This document shows, piece by piece, positions 28,505 to 39,736 of a stretch of 64,000 nt of DNA. Each line of letters opens with the position of its first letter. The stretch's first letter is position 1. The notes below the pieces were generated by a model that searched no databases, had not been told where the DNA came from, and worked only from the letters and a program-made list of their open reading frames with translations. This DNA is from a virus. The stretch is taken from the IMG/VR virus record IMGVR_UViG_3300031857_016023, positions 59,822 through 123,821 of that record. One strand, written 5' to 3'. A program made the translations under genes and the position numbers.

Positions 28505-30087
28505 GGTGCTAATGCTATTGCTCTAAAATCTTTAATTATAGGAACATAATTTGTATCTGAAGATCTCATCACTATTTTAATTGAGAATGTTTTAAAGTTA
28601 TTGTATGTCACACCATCTGTTCCAAGGTAAGAACAGTCTAATGTTGATGGTTTAAACAAATATTCTATAAAATCTGTTTCAACTTGTGATTTAAGAGTAT
28701 TTAAAATTGATTCATTACCTTGTTGAACATTTATCATTCTAACATAAGGTCTATCTTCAAATAAAGTTTCATCTTCATCTGCTAAAACTCTGTAGTAAAC
28801 TTCAATAGTTGTTGCTGATGGTTGATAAGCAGTAAGGTAAACACGAATCATATTTGCATCAAAACCATCTGCTAAATTAACTCTACGTGTAATGTAACGA
28901 GCTGCAGCTGGTCCACCTGTTGGACTAATTTCCGATTCGCAAGATATAACAGCTCTATTTTCTGAAGTAGATTGTGGACCTCCTGCATCATAAGATAGAA
29001 ATATATTCGTATTACCTACGTAACCAGAACCTTCAGTCGTTATTTCAATTCTTTCTATTTTACCTGATGTTGTATTAGCTACTGCTTTTCCTACAAAACC
29101 TGAACCTGGATAAACATCTGAATAAGATGCTGTGCTATTAGAAACATAGAGAGTAGCATTACCTGTTTGATTTCTACCAGCATCAACAATAGTAAATTTA
29201 TTCAAAGCTAACCCACAATCATTAATTACATTTTTAACTCCAATCAAATTAACTCTAGTAGAATCAATCATGGGCGAAACTGTATTATCTGATGTTACTA
29301 AACCAGCTTTAATAAAAACTGAATTTCCACTGGTATAAACTACTTTTCTAGTATCTAAAACTAAATTTTCATCTTGTAAAAAAGAAGTATATTCAGTATC
29401 TAAAACGCCGCTAGAATTATCTCTTAATCTATACGAATAATTTGTTGAGGCTCCGTCAAATAATAACTCTTGTGTTCCAACTTTCATTAAATCAAATTCA
29501 ATATTTGAAGTTGGACTTATATTTTCAAAAACAACTTCTGTAGTTGAATTTGGTGTAAAATCACATGCGTTTAAACGAAACATTAAATCAATATCTTGAT
29601 ATGCGGTATAAGTTGATCCGTTTTGTGATTTAAAAAATGAACCCGTATAAACTTGTTTATCTACTCGGCGATCTGAACCATCAAGTCTTGTACCGCCAAC
29701 CTCTGCTATAAAAACTTCATAATTATCAGAATTGGTAAACATAACAATAGCATGCTCGCCAGGTAAAAGAAAAATTGGCGCAGGAAATTTAAATCTTGTA
29801 TAATGATTTGGATTTGAAAGATTTGGAATATTAGTACCAGAACCAGTAACAACATTAATTTTATCTGGCCTTAATGATACTTGGCCAAGAGCTGCACTAC
29901 TATGAATTAATGATGAGTGTGGGTAACCATTTATAACAGGTCTAAGTTGAACTGTAAATGGTTGATATGTTACTTGGTCTTTTTTCTTAAAAACTAAATC
30001 AACACTATGTACAAACATACCTTTTGGATATGTTGCTGCGTCAACAAAAAAAGTTTGTGCTACTGGATCAATAAACGATGTTGCCAT
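28501..30087 (-). CDS. VrlC/DUF4815-like virion protein, C-terminal part as a separate ORF
   Basis: DPVAQTFFV, GSFFKSQNGSTYTAYQDIDLMF and FKTFSIKIVMRS...DFRAIALA. Confidence 0.75.
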   Translation of the reverse strand: MATSFIDPVAQTFFVDAATYPKGMFVHSVDLVFKKKDQVTYQPFTVQLRPVINGYPHSSLIHSSAALGQVSLRPDKINVVTGSGTNIPNLSNPNHYTRFKFPAPIFLLPGEHAIVMFTNSDNYEVFIAEVGGTRLDGSDRRVDKQVYTGSFFKSQNGSTYTAYQDIDLMFRLNACDFTPNSTTEVVFENISPTSNIEFDLMKVGTQELLFDGASTNYSYRLRDNSSGVLDTEYTSFLQDENLVLDTRKVVYTSGNSVFIKAGLVTSDNTVSPMIDSTRVNLIGVKNVINDCGLALNKFTIVDAGRNQTGNATLYVSNSTASYSDVYPGSGFVGKAVANTTSGKIERIEITTEGSGYVGNTNIFLSYDAGGPQSTSENRAVISCESEISPTGGPAAARYITRRVNLADGFDANMIRVYLTAYQPSATTIEVYYRVLADEDETLFEDRPYVRMINVQQGNESILNTLKSQVETDFIEYLFKPSTLDCSYLGTDGVTYNNFKTFSIKIVMRSSDTNYVPIIKDFRAIALAP

Positions 30088-30088
30088 A

Positions 30089-33000
30089 TTAATTCCTAAT
30101 TAATTTACTTTTGAAGTATTCTTTAATTACTTTAAACGGTGAAGTTACAATATTAATTGAAGAAACTAATATGTAAAATGCTACCATGAAAGTAAAGATA
30201 GTGTAACCTTTTAATCTAGAATCTGGTTTACTTAGGTTTGGATTTGTTAAACCAACTATTGAACAAATAATTAAACCTAACCAAAACACAAGTTTACCAA
30301 CTAAAGAACCTTCGTCACGAACTCTTTCAACATATGCCATTTCATCTGACCAAGGTCTTGCAATTACTTCTGTCATATGTAGTGCTATATTTCTTTGCAT
30401 TTCGTTATTGTCTTTCATATCCCAAAGATATAAACTTGGCCCACGACCCTTTAACCATTCGACAATTGTTTTTGCCCAATACACATAACCACGATAAATG
30501 ATTGGATGATTACGTTGCAGGCGGCGACCAAATCTTTGATCGGCTTCATTTATATCTGGCGCAAAGAAACCTTGTTGTGCCATTTCAGAGCAGATAATTT
30601 TACAACCAGAACCTCCGCCACTTGGAGGTGGAGTTCTATCTCGAATTAGAGTTGATCCAAGAACTTCTCTTTGAACAACCGAACTTTTTGCAATATTATC
30701 TTGTCTTTCATAAATTGCTTGAACTTGAATAGTAGGAACACGAACAGAAACCGAAACATTTTCAACAGTATTTAAAACACCTTGAGCATACCATTGTTCT
30801 TCTGCAAAAGAACTTGTTAGTTGAGGATCATTTGTTGAAGAATTCGTTAATCTGATTAAACGAGCTCCTGTCCTGCTTCTCCATCCATTGTCATAAGCGG
30901 TTGGGCCATAATTTGGCAAATACCATCGGCCCGCCATATCGCCATGATCATCAGACTGTGGTTTACCTACAGACCAACGAGAGGTGCTATCAGGATTTAC
31001 ATCCCAATTGGAAGAAAGTGTTGCAACTTTAGTGCTTCCATTATAATTTATAATTGTTCTTTCTTGGCCAATTCCTGTACCAGCAATAATTCTTATTTTA
31101 TAAAATTGTGTTGCATCAATTGGATCTTCTAAAACTTTAGTTCCAGTAAATGGCCAAGTGACATTTGCATAGGTTGTTACAACATCAACATATGTGTTAT
31201 TATAAGGAGCTCCAGAACCAAGAGTTACTGTGTTGGCAGTAGCAGATGTTACATTACCGTTATTCCAAAACATAATATCAATTTTAGCTGTAGCTCCACT
31301 TAATGTACCTGTAATTGTATCATTTGCTGCAAAAGTTCCTCTTACATCACTTAAATAAATGACAGGTTGATCTAATGACCAAGATCTACCAGATTGTTTT
31401 ACAACAATAGCTGAACCACCACTAGAAGAAGTTACTCTTTCATAAACTCCATAACTATCATTAAAATCACTACTTACATTAGCTAACCAAGCTATAGAAG
31501 GAAATTCAATATATTTTGTTCCGTCAAGATCTCCTTGTTCTGCATACAAATAGTGATATTCATTTGGCCTTAAATTTTTTGCTACTGTAATAATCCATTG
31601 AGCTCGAATATAAGGTATAATAGAGAGATCAACTTGCCTAGCTCCAATACTTTTAGTTATTCTTTCAGGAACAAGAACCTTTTTAGTTCCTGTTCTATCT
31701 TTTGAATAATATGTTGTTGTAGTAGTTGATTTTACAGTATCATTATAATCGAGATATCCTGATGATCTTCCTTCAACCCGTGTTTGCACATCAACAGTTT
31801 GTCCAGAAACAAAAGTATTCCAAGAATTCCATTGATTACCCCAACCAGCCGCTCTAGTGTCGTGAAGTGCTTCTCCAATTTGAGCCCATGCGTCATTTTC
31901 GCCTTCTAGGTTTACAAGAACATCTGGCCGTGTTTCTTTATCGATCCAAAAATCTCCTGGCGGAGTAAAATCAAGTGTGCCAGAATAATTTGAAAGAACA
32001 AAAGGATTTACAGCAATTCCATTTGTTGCTACATTTTGACTAATTATTGATTTGATTGTATATGGACTAACTACAATTTGACCAGCTTCCACATTAGCAG
32101 TTGTAAAACTTGTATTTACAACAAAAGAAATGCTTTCATCTTCAAAATAAGGTCTAAGTTCTCCAGCTTCAAAATCCATCGCACACTTATAATCAACATT
32201 TTTAACATCGCCAACTTGATGACCTCTAAATGTATCAGTTAAAATACCATTTTTAAATCTTTCTAAACCATTATCATCAAGAACAGTTAAATCTTGAGCT
32301 GATCTTTCTAATAGATTTAGTGTAGTATAATATTCTAGATTATCAATACGTTTTTCTAATTTACCAATATCTCGCATTGTATATCGTTTGTTTTCAATAT
32401 ACTTAACCTTTGTATCAGAAGGAAAAAAAGTATACGGATTAACAAAAATAGTATACAAACTCATTGTACCATCTGGTTCAGCTGGCGTATTTGGATTTAA
32501 AGAAGAAATTCCTTTAACAACTCTAAATTTTTTATCTTCACCTAAAACAATTCTATCTATTCTTGGAATATAATAACTATAATCAGATTCTAAAGCTTCA
32601 TCTGCTCTAGGGATTGAAATACCAGAAAGAGTAAAATTTCCTGAAACAGCACTAGCATTGGTACGAATTGGCCTAAAATCAACACAATCTCTAAGTTTAT
32701 ACACTTCACCAGTTGCCGGACTTGTATAATTTGGTATTTTAGCATATCGAATATCTTCAGTTGCTCCAAGTGAAGCATTATTATATGAATCAACAGTAAA
32801 ATAACCATCTCCAGTATGAGTAAAATAATTAACTAATACTAAAAGTTGTCCTGTTGGAGGCAAAGCACCAGCTTTTAATGTAATAGAACCATGATCGTAA
32901 TAAGCATCCGTTTGACCATCATTTAAGATATACCTATCAGTAATGTCTTTTGATGTGTCGGACAAATCTGCAGCAACAACAGCAGTAGAAATATCTTTTG

Positions 33001-35377
33001 AATCAATGACTTTAAAAGAAGATTTATAACTGCGGCCTCCTGAAGTTATAGCAAAATACCCATAAGTTTCTTCAAATTTGCCTTCTAGTTTATAAATGTC
33101 AGAGATGTAAAGGCTATCTGATCTTCCAGGAATTTTATTTGGAACTGCAAGAGCAACTTGACTATCATTTAAATAAACTGTTGTATTTCCTACTGGAGAA
33201 ACTCCTCCGGTTCCTATAGAATTTGTTACAGCCGATACAAGTGTTTTTACTTTTGGAGATGTTGTATTAAAATCAACAGTTGCTATAACATCAACTGTTA
33301 TCGAATCACCAACATTATTAAAATTAAGTGTTGCAGTAGAACCGCCACCAGATATTTGAACGTATCTTCCATCAAATGGAAATGAAGGACCAAAACTACC
33401 AGAAGATCCAAAAGGAATAATTTGACCTTTTAAAAACTTTGTTGATGAAGTAACATTATTTGCAACAACTAAAAAATGTTGTGAAACTTGAGCTTCACTT
33501 AAAGTACCTGAGCCAACAAACAAATTTGTAGCAGAACCAGTAGAAAGAGAAAGTGCTCCAGTGCCTCCATTTACCGTTTGATTTCTAAATAAAACTTTAC
33601 CTCTAAAATCTTGGTCAGTCATTCCAAAACTAACGAAAGATTGAGGCACACGATATACTAGAGATTTAAAATTCGTATCAGAAATAAATGTGTTTCCAAA
33701 AGCAGCCGAAGGAGAAGAAAGTGTTTTATTAACAGAATCTACGTTTGCTGAAGAAAGAATATGTGCGCTAGAATTTGATTTAATAAAAGATTGTACATCT
33801 TTAATATTAAAATCTATTGTATAAGAAGAATTGCTTCTTGGTTGAGTTACAAACGTATCAGCAATTTTAGCTGTTTTGTTTAGGTGATCGTAAGAAACAA
33901 TTCTATGTTTTACATTATCAGCACCATAACCAGAAGAAATGCGAACAATAGCATTGTAATAAGCATTAGCAACATTTGATACTTGACCTGCGGTAGTTGA
34001 AAGGATTATGTGTGTTGAATTGCCTGATCCTCCACAATTTCCTGTTACTGTAGAAAGTCTTGTATCAAAGATATAAAAATTATATTTGTGTGTATCTGAA
34101 ATTGCAGTATTGGAAGCTGAGACAAATTCAATTTCACGAATTCTTGCTGTACCAATTTTAGTAGAACCGTAAGATGTGGTATTTGATGTACTTACATTTC
34201 CATTAGCTACACAATGTAAATCAAACCCTTCCATTGTTCCAGTATCAAACAATCCTTTAGCATTAGTTACAGTAATATAATTTCCATAGTTAGCTGCAAT
34301 ATCATAATTTTGAACAGCATATTTTTCTCTTGCTCGTTCTAATGTTATATTTGTTGGCGATATAGTTTCAATTTCAAAACCACGTACATATGCTTTTCCT
34401 GCACTCAGTTTAGCAGTAAATAAAGCTGAATTTGAAGTATTGGATGCACTATCAGGAACATGATCTTTTAAATAAATTGTAAAAGGTTGTACTGTATAGT
34501 TACCTGATTCATCATAAGTTCTTCTAGCAAAAGTTTTTTCTAATTCAGCATAAAGAGGGTAATTATTTCTTAATGTAATTGTTCCGTTTTCAATTCGAAC
34601 AATTTCAATAAATTTCGTGTCATCAGTAGAATTTAAACTCCTTGCAGTTAATACTAAATCTACTTTATAACGAGTAGCTCCTGGTGCTTGATAGTTTGAA
34701 GCATTTAAAGCAGGATCTAGTAGAGTAGTATCAGTTCTCTCATCAATAATACTCTCTTGATAAGCTAAACCAATTCGATATGATGGAGAATTATCATATT
34801 TGTTCAATACAATTGTTTGAGATGAAACTTTAACAAAAAAATCATCTATAAAATAAACACCTTCATTTACACTTGCAGTTGATCCTTTGCCCGTAGATTC
34901 TATTGGCAATAAACGAGCTTCAAATTGATCATCATCTATTGTAAAAAAAGTTTCATTGTCTACAAGAGTTAAACCTGTTTTATATTCAACAAATATTGTT
35001 GGAGGATCTGTTAATGTTCCTTCTTTTATCGCAACAACTTTTCCTAATGAACCATTTGAAGCTAAAGCGTGAGCATTACCAATATTTTTTCCAAGAAAAT
35101 TATTTACATCAATATCTTGGCCACCAACAGTTGTTGTTCTTAGTTTATGATATATTACTGAGGTAGAAACAGAAACTTCTCCTCCAGTAACAACCGATCC
35201 ATTTTTAAAAATATGTTTACCAAAACGAGAAATTTGTTTTTGAAGAATGGTTTGAAGTTGAGTTAATTCTCGAGCTTGAACAGCATAACCTGGCCGAAAA
35301 AGAACTCGAAGAAATTTTTTATCTTCATCGTAATCATCATAGTATGGATTTACATTAAAATTTTGAACTAATGCCAT
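30089..35377 (-). CDS. VrlC/DUF4815-like large virion protein, N-terminal part, with a hydrophobic C-terminal tail
   Basis: NFNVNPYYDDYD, LFRPGYAVQARELTQLQ, ARRTYDESGNY and NKRYTMRDIGKLEKRI. Confidence 0.82.
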   Translation of the reverse strand: MALVQNFNVNPYYDDYDEDKKFLRVLFRPGYAVQARELTQLQTILQKQISRFGKHIFKNGSVVTGGEVSVSTSVIYHKLRTTTVGGQDIDVNNFLGKNIGNAHALASNGSLGKVVAIKEGTLTDPPTIFVEYKTGLTLVDNETFFTIDDDQFEARLLPIESTGKGSTASVNEGVYFIDDFFVKVSSQTIVLNKYDNSPSYRIGLAYQESIIDERTDTTLLDPALNASNYQAPGATRYKVDLVLTARSLNSTDDTKFIEIVRIENGTITLRNNYPLYAELEKTFARRTYDESGNYTVQPFTIYLKDHVPDSASNTSNSALFTAKLSAGKAYVRGFEIETISPTNITLERAREKYAVQNYDIAANYGNYITVTNAKGLFDTGTMEGFDLHCVANGNVSTSNTTSYGSTKIGTARIREIEFVSASNTAISDTHKYNFYIFDTRLSTVTGNCGGSGNSTHIILSTTAGQVSNVANAYYNAIVRISSGYGADNVKHRIVSYDHLNKTAKIADTFVTQPRSNSSYTIDFNIKDVQSFIKSNSSAHILSSANVDSVNKTLSSPSAAFGNTFISDTNFKSLVYRVPQSFVSFGMTDQDFRGKVLFRNQTVNGGTGALSLSTGSATNLFVGSGTLSEAQVSQHFLVVANNVTSSTKFLKGQIIPFGSSGSFGPSFPFDGRYVQISGGGSTATLNFNNVGDSITVDVIATVDFNTTSPKVKTLVSAVTNSIGTGGVSPVGNTTVYLNDSQVALAVPNKIPGRSDSLYISDIYKLEGKFEETYGYFAITSGGRSYKSSFKVIDSKDISTAVVAADLSDTSKDITDRYILNDGQTDAYYDHGSITLKAGALPPTGQLLVLVNYFTHTGDGYFTVDSYNNASLGATEDIRYAKIPNYTSPATGEVYKLRDCVDFRPIRTNASAVSGNFTLSGISIPRADEALESDYSYYIPRIDRIVLGEDKKFRVVKGISSLNPNTPAEPDGTMSLYTIFVNPYTFFPSDTKVKYIENKRYTMRDIGKLEKRIDNLEYYTTLNLLERSAQDLTVLDDNGLERFKNGILTDTFRGHQVGDVKNVDYKCAMDFEAGELRPYFEDESISFVVNTSFTTANVEAGQIVVSPYTIKSIISQNVATNGIAVNPFVLSNYSGTLDFTPPGDFWIDKETRPDVLVNLEGENDAWAQIGEALHDTRAAGWGNQWNSWNTFVSGQTVDVQTRVEGRSSGYLDYNDTVKSTTTTTYYSKDRTGTKKVLVPERITKSIGARQVDLSIIPYIRAQWIITVAKNLRPNEYHYLYAEQGDLDGTKYIEFPSIAWLANVSSDFNDSYGVYERVTSSSGGSAIVVKQSGRSWSLDQPVIYLSDVRGTFAANDTITGTLSGATAKIDIMFWNNGNVTSATANTVTLGSGAPYNNTYVDVVTTYANVTWPFTGTKVLEDPIDATQFYKIRIIAGTGIGQERTIINYNGSTKVATLSSNWDVNPDSTSRWSVGKPQSDDHGDMAGRWYLPNYGPTAYDNGWRSRTGARLIRLTNSSTNDPQLTSSFAEEQWYAQGVLNTVENVSVSVRVPTIQVQAIYERQDNIAKSSVVQREVLGSTLIRDRTPPPSGGGSGCKIICSEMAQQGFFAPDINEADQRFGRRLQRNHPIIYRGYVYWAKTIVEWLKGRGPSLYLWDMKDNNEMQRNIALHMTEVIARPWSDEMAYVERVRDEGSLVGKLVFWLGLIICSIVGLTNPNLSKPDSRLKGYTIFTFMVAFYILVSSINIVTSPFKVIKEYFKSKLIRN

Positions 35378-35386
35378 TTTTAACCT

Positions 35387-36988
35387 TTAAAAATTAATAA
35401 TAATTTTAATATTTTCAGCTTGACCAAGTATTCTGTCTGTTTTTTGTTCATTCGTTACATATAAAAATTCACCAGAATATGGTTCAAATTCAGGATTATC
35501 AATTGTAACTATTGTTCTAGTAGCTCCAGAGGTAAAGCCAGTTATGATACCTCCAGAAGTAAATGTGCCTTTTACTTTTGTTAATTTTACAGAACTAAGT
35601 GTTTGGTCATTAACAAATCCGTAAGCAATAGGACTACTTGTATTGCCTTGGTAAACATATTCGTTTAAATTAAAACTTGCTCCAGCAATCAAAGATAAAT
35701 CTGTTGTTTGTGAAAATACTGAATTTGATGTGCTATTATTTGAAGCTAAAAGTTCTTCATATTTATGAGGATTTCTTAAAAGACTAACTTGCCTAAAACT
35801 TGTATTTGGAGAAATTAAACCACTTTCTGTGGTATCATTTTCTCCGATAGTAACAGCTATCATTACGTTATTTGCATTTAGTTCTCTTGCTGGGTTAAAA
35901 CCATGGCCGTATTTTGAAGGTAAAATTACACGGCAATTTGCTCCTGTTCCTGAACCATATATTGTTGCATTAGCATATGTGTAACCTGTACCAATACTCG
36001 TTACTGTTACTTTAGAAACATTTGCATTTGCAGCAGAAACACCTGAAGAAGTATCAGATAACAAAACATTTGCTGCTGCACCTGTGCCTGAACCATCAAT
36101 AAAAAGTCTTGTGGATATTGAAAGGTCATTTGTGTTCCCTCCAGTTCCAGTTGTTGTTGAAGAAAGATTTATAACACCAGTTGAAATTGATATATCTTCA
36201 ATATGTGTTGTTGGCGGTATTCCTGTTCCAGAAATTAACATGTTTTGTAAATTTGATAAAGTAGGAATACTAAAAACTTCTAAAACTAAAGCAGTATTTG
36301 ATAATTTTAATGTTGTTTGACCAGATGTAAAACCATTAACTTTAATATTTGAAGCTTGACGATAGTTTGTTCCTTTATCTGTTACTATAATACTTGTTAA
36401 TTCTCCATCTACAACATTTAATGAACTAACATTAAAATCTAAGGCCGATGTATTTGTTGGTGCAGGAATCCATTGATTTGTAAAAAATTTGTTAAAAGGA
36501 GTAATATTATACATGTATTTCCAAATATAACCATCAGCAGTAGCAATATTACCATTTGAAGTTACATAATCTCCAGTAGGTTCAACTGTTGATAAGGAAG
36601 AATTATTATTTGAAACACACTTGTAAACATTTCGTGCCGAAGTCATAACATACATTGGGTTTAAACTCTGAGAACTATTTGATTTAAATAATTCAGAAAA
36701 TTCTATTGTATCATCAAAAGCTCTGTATTTTACGTTTGCTGTCCAATTGTATCTAGGGATTACTAACTGCACATCATTACCTGTTATTCTTTTTCCAGCA
36801 AACATATTATCCCAAACCAATTTGTCCGCTGAAACGGTTTCAACTATTGAATCTGGAGAAGATTCGTTAGCATATACTATGTGATTTCCAATAGTGATAT
36901 AAGCAATCGTTGGAGTTTCTTCTGAAAAAGACTCCTTGAACTGCTCAGCAGCATTAAAAGACAGTTTTTTGGTTATAATTGATGGCAT
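35387..36988 (-). CDS. gp8: Baseplate wedge subunit
   Basis: VIPRYNW, NVYKCVSN, DGYIWKYMY, GHGFNPAREL and YSGEFLY. Confidence 0.88.
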   Translation of the reverse strand: MPSIITKKLSFNAAEQFKESFSEETPTIAYITIGNHIVYANESSPDSIVETVSADKLVWDNMFAGKRITGNDVQLVIPRYNWTANVKYRAFDDTIEFSELFKSNSSQSLNPMYVMTSARNVYKCVSNNNSSLSTVEPTGDYVTSNGNIATADGYIWKYMYNITPFNKFFTNQWIPAPTNTSALDFNVSSLNVVDGELTSIIVTDKGTNYRQASNIKVNGFTSGQTTLKLSNTALVLEVFSIPTLSNLQNMLISGTGIPPTTHIEDISISTGVINLSSTTTGTGGNTNDLSISTRLFIDGSGTGAAANVLLSDTSSGVSAANANVSKVTVTSIGTGYTYANATIYGSGTGANCRVILPSKYGHGFNPARELNANNVMIAVTIGENDTTESGLISPNTSFRQVSLLRNPHKYEELLASNNSTSNSVFSQTTDLSLIAGASFNLNEYVYQGNTSSPIAYGFVNDQTLSSVKLTKVKGTFTSGGIITGFTSGATRTIVTIDNPEFEPYSGEFLYVTNEQKTDRILGQAENIKIIINF

Positions 36989-36997
36989 GGATTCTAT

Positions 36998-39736
36998 TTA
37001 TGTCAATATAATTAAAGATTGATTGCTTGTATTCTTTGTAAAGGCAAGAGATACTGATAAGTTTGTGTTACTAATTATGCTGTTTATTGTTCTAATTTCA
37101 CCGTTGACTGAAACATTAGAACCAAGAGTTAAAATACCTCTATTATTTGCAACACTAAAATAAGTGTTGTTTCCAATTATGTAAATTGAATTATTTTGAG
37201 TTGTTACTAAACCAGAAATTGTATTTGTTGATTGATAAAATACTTGAGATTTTGGCGCATTTGCTTCTTTCTCCATATTAAACCAAGCAAAATTAATAAA
37301 CCCTGTTGGATGCAATAGTTGTTTTAATATATCTTTATATTTTGCAAATGAAATTGTTGATGAGGTTATGTACGCATAATCATAGTAATAATTACCTCCT
37401 TGTATGCGTCTTTCGTAACTAGAAATAATAGAATCTGTTGTTGTCCATCTTCCAGGAAAAGTTGAAAAAGAAGGTCCAATATTTGCTGTTGCGGAAGCTG
37501 AACCACTTCCTTTTTGTGTCAAATCTATTGTTGGCGCAAATCTATAATTATTTCCTGGATAAGTAATCTTAATTGTTTTAATAGCACCTTCTCTGAAGGT
37601 TACATCCGTAGATATATTATCTCCATCTCCCATCAAAGAAGTAATTGCTATTTGAGCTCCATTGCCTGTTGTTGAATAAATCGCAACATTTGGAAAATTA
37701 TTTTGTGTATAATTTGATCCTCCAACAACACCCCTCGCATAAGATCCTAACTTAGTATTAGAAAAAGAAGTTGTTCCATCAGTAAACCGGAAAGCAACAT
37801 TAACAGTAGCATGTGTGGTATTAATTACCGAATTTACATATCTTTCTTGACACCGAATAACAATTTTATCATTTACTCGTAAATCATTTGTGAAATTTGT
37901 ATTAGTTCCAATTATTAATATTGAATTATTTGTAATGGCAACATTACCATCAATTCTAGGAGGTTGAATTTGTACTGCTTGAACAAAGCCGTTTGATGCA
38001 ACATTACTTACGGCAGCTGCAGCTCCATATCCTTTAGTTCCTATAGGATTTGAATAAAAATAAACTTCATCTCCAACTTTATAATTTAAACCTCCTACAG
38101 TAGTTAAACCACTAATGCCTTTACTAACATCTATCCTGCCAATTGACCTCAAATCTTTAAGATCTTTTTCAATATAATTATCTAATTCACCAGCAGTGTA
38201 AATAGCTGCCTGATATACATCCATTTCTGCTTCTTCAACACCGGTTAAAACCCATTCTGTTTCACCTTTTTGGATTGGTCCAAGATTAATAATAATATTA
38301 GAATTAAAAGCATCCACAATTCTAGTATTTGCATTTTGTGTTCGAGTATTTACTATATTATAACTAGCGGCATTAATTGTTGTAGCAGCATATGGGCCTA
38401 TGTAACCTGAAGCTAAGACACTATAAGTATTATTAGTAAAAATAGTATTAGCTGTTTCTGTAATAACTCCTATTGTCACTACGTTAGAATTATAATAACC
38501 TCTAAAAAGACTATCTTGAGCTTTAAATCCTGCACCACCATATGATACATTTATAGAAGCAACATTTGTTCCTTGTACTTCTTCAACTTCTGCTGTTGCA
38601 ATTTCTTCAGCACCACCACCTAATACTAATATAGGGTCTCCAACATTATAAGAAAAACCTACATTATTAATTTGTATGCTATTTACAATAGAAAAAGTAT
38701 CAGCATTAAAAGTTATTAAAGAACCATCACTAGCAATAACATCAAATTTTACTATTTCTCCATTTATAAAATTACCTGCTAATGATTTACCATCAATAAA
38801 CAATTCAAAAGGTAAAGGAAAATTTGCGTTTTCAGAAATAATTGTTTCTACAGCTTTTTCAATAAGAGCTGTAGCACCAGATGTTAAACCAGTAACTTTT
38901 CTATTTTTTAAAATAGTATAGTCAAATTTATTGTAAACAATTTTTATATTATCACTAGAAGTAGGAGTTGTTGTAAAATATATTTTTTTTGATTCTCTAC
39001 GAATTTCGTAATCTACATTTTCTTGTTTTAAAGTATTATTAATGTAAACACTTATTTCGCCAGAATTAACAAATTGAGCAAGCAAAATTTCTTTATTGCT
39101 ACCATTACCAACATGAATACTTCTAACATCTTTTTCTATTTTAAGACTTTTTTCAATTATCCATTTTCCATCAGAAGCTCTCAGTATTCTACTTTTTGGA
39201 AGAATAATGTCAACATCTTCATTAAATAAAAGCTTAAACAATAATTTAAAAGATTCGTCTATACCTTTTGATAGGTAAAGTGGTAAAATATTTTTAATTA
39301 AAAAATCTTTATCTACTTGAACATCTTTAGGTATTAATGATACAAAACTATTCACAAAATTATCTTCAAATTGATCTACTGATCTATCAACATCATTAAT
39401 ATTTCGTATATCTTTGATCGAAGATGTTAAACTATTGCTTGTTGGATTAGTAAGTGTAGCTGTTCCTGTGCCTGTTCCAACACCAGTAGCGATAAAAGAA
39501 GTTCCAACTGTTGCTCCGGCTGGAGCTCCAATTGCTTGCCAATTTGTTGTTCCTAAAGTATTGATAGTATAACGAGTTCCAATAACAAAAGAACCAGCTA
39601 AAACAGGAAGTGTTGATTGATCTTGTTCTAAAAACTGATAATAAGCTTTTAAAAATTGAATGAATAATGGATATTCTTCCCGAATAAATTCAGGGACTTG
39701 TTCACTAACAAAAAGTGAAGTATTGGAAAATGACAT
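36998..39736 (-). CDS. gp7: Baseplate wedge initiator
   Basis: QVPEFIREEYPLFIQFLKAYY, KGIDESFKLLF, ILRASDGKW and LLHPTG; between gp6 and gp8. Confidence 0.8.
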   Translation of the reverse strand: MSFSNTSLFVSEQVPEFIREEYPLFIQFLKAYYQFLEQDQSTLPVLAGSFVIGTRYTINTLGTTNWQAIGAPAGATVGTSFIATGVGTGTGTATLTNPTSNSLTSSIKDIRNINDVDRSVDQFEDNFVNSFVSLIPKDVQVDKDFLIKNILPLYLSKGIDESFKLLFKLLFNEDVDIILPKSRILRASDGKWIIEKSLKIEKDVRSIHVGNGSNKEILLAQFVNSGEISVYINNTLKQENVDYEIRRESKKIYFTTTPTSSDNIKIVYNKFDYTILKNRKVTGLTSGATALIEKAVETIISENANFPLPFELFIDGKSLAGNFINGEIVKFDVIASDGSLITFNADTFSIVNSIQINNVGFSYNVGDPILVLGGGAEEIATAEVEEVQGTNVASINVSYGGAGFKAQDSLFRGYYNSNVVTIGVITETANTIFTNNTYSVLASGYIGPYAATTINAASYNIVNTRTQNANTRIVDAFNSNIIINLGPIQKGETEWVLTGVEEAEMDVYQAAIYTAGELDNYIEKDLKDLRSIGRIDVSKGISGLTTVGGLNYKVGDEVYFYSNPIGTKGYGAAAAVSNVASNGFVQAVQIQPPRIDGNVAITNNSILIIGTNTNFTNDLRVNDKIVIRCQERYVNSVINTTHATVNVAFRFTDGTTSFSNTKLGSYARGVVGGSNYTQNNFPNVAIYSTTGNGAQIAITSLMGDGDNISTDVTFREGAIKTIKITYPGNNYRFAPTIDLTQKGSGSASATANIGPSFSTFPGRWTTTDSIISSYERRIQGGNYYYDYAYITSSTISFAKYKDILKQLLHPTGFINFAWFNMEKEANAPKSQVFYQSTNTISGLVTTQNNSIYIIGNNTYFSVANNRGILTLGSNVSVNGEIRTINSIISNTNLSVSLAFTKNTSNQSLIILT

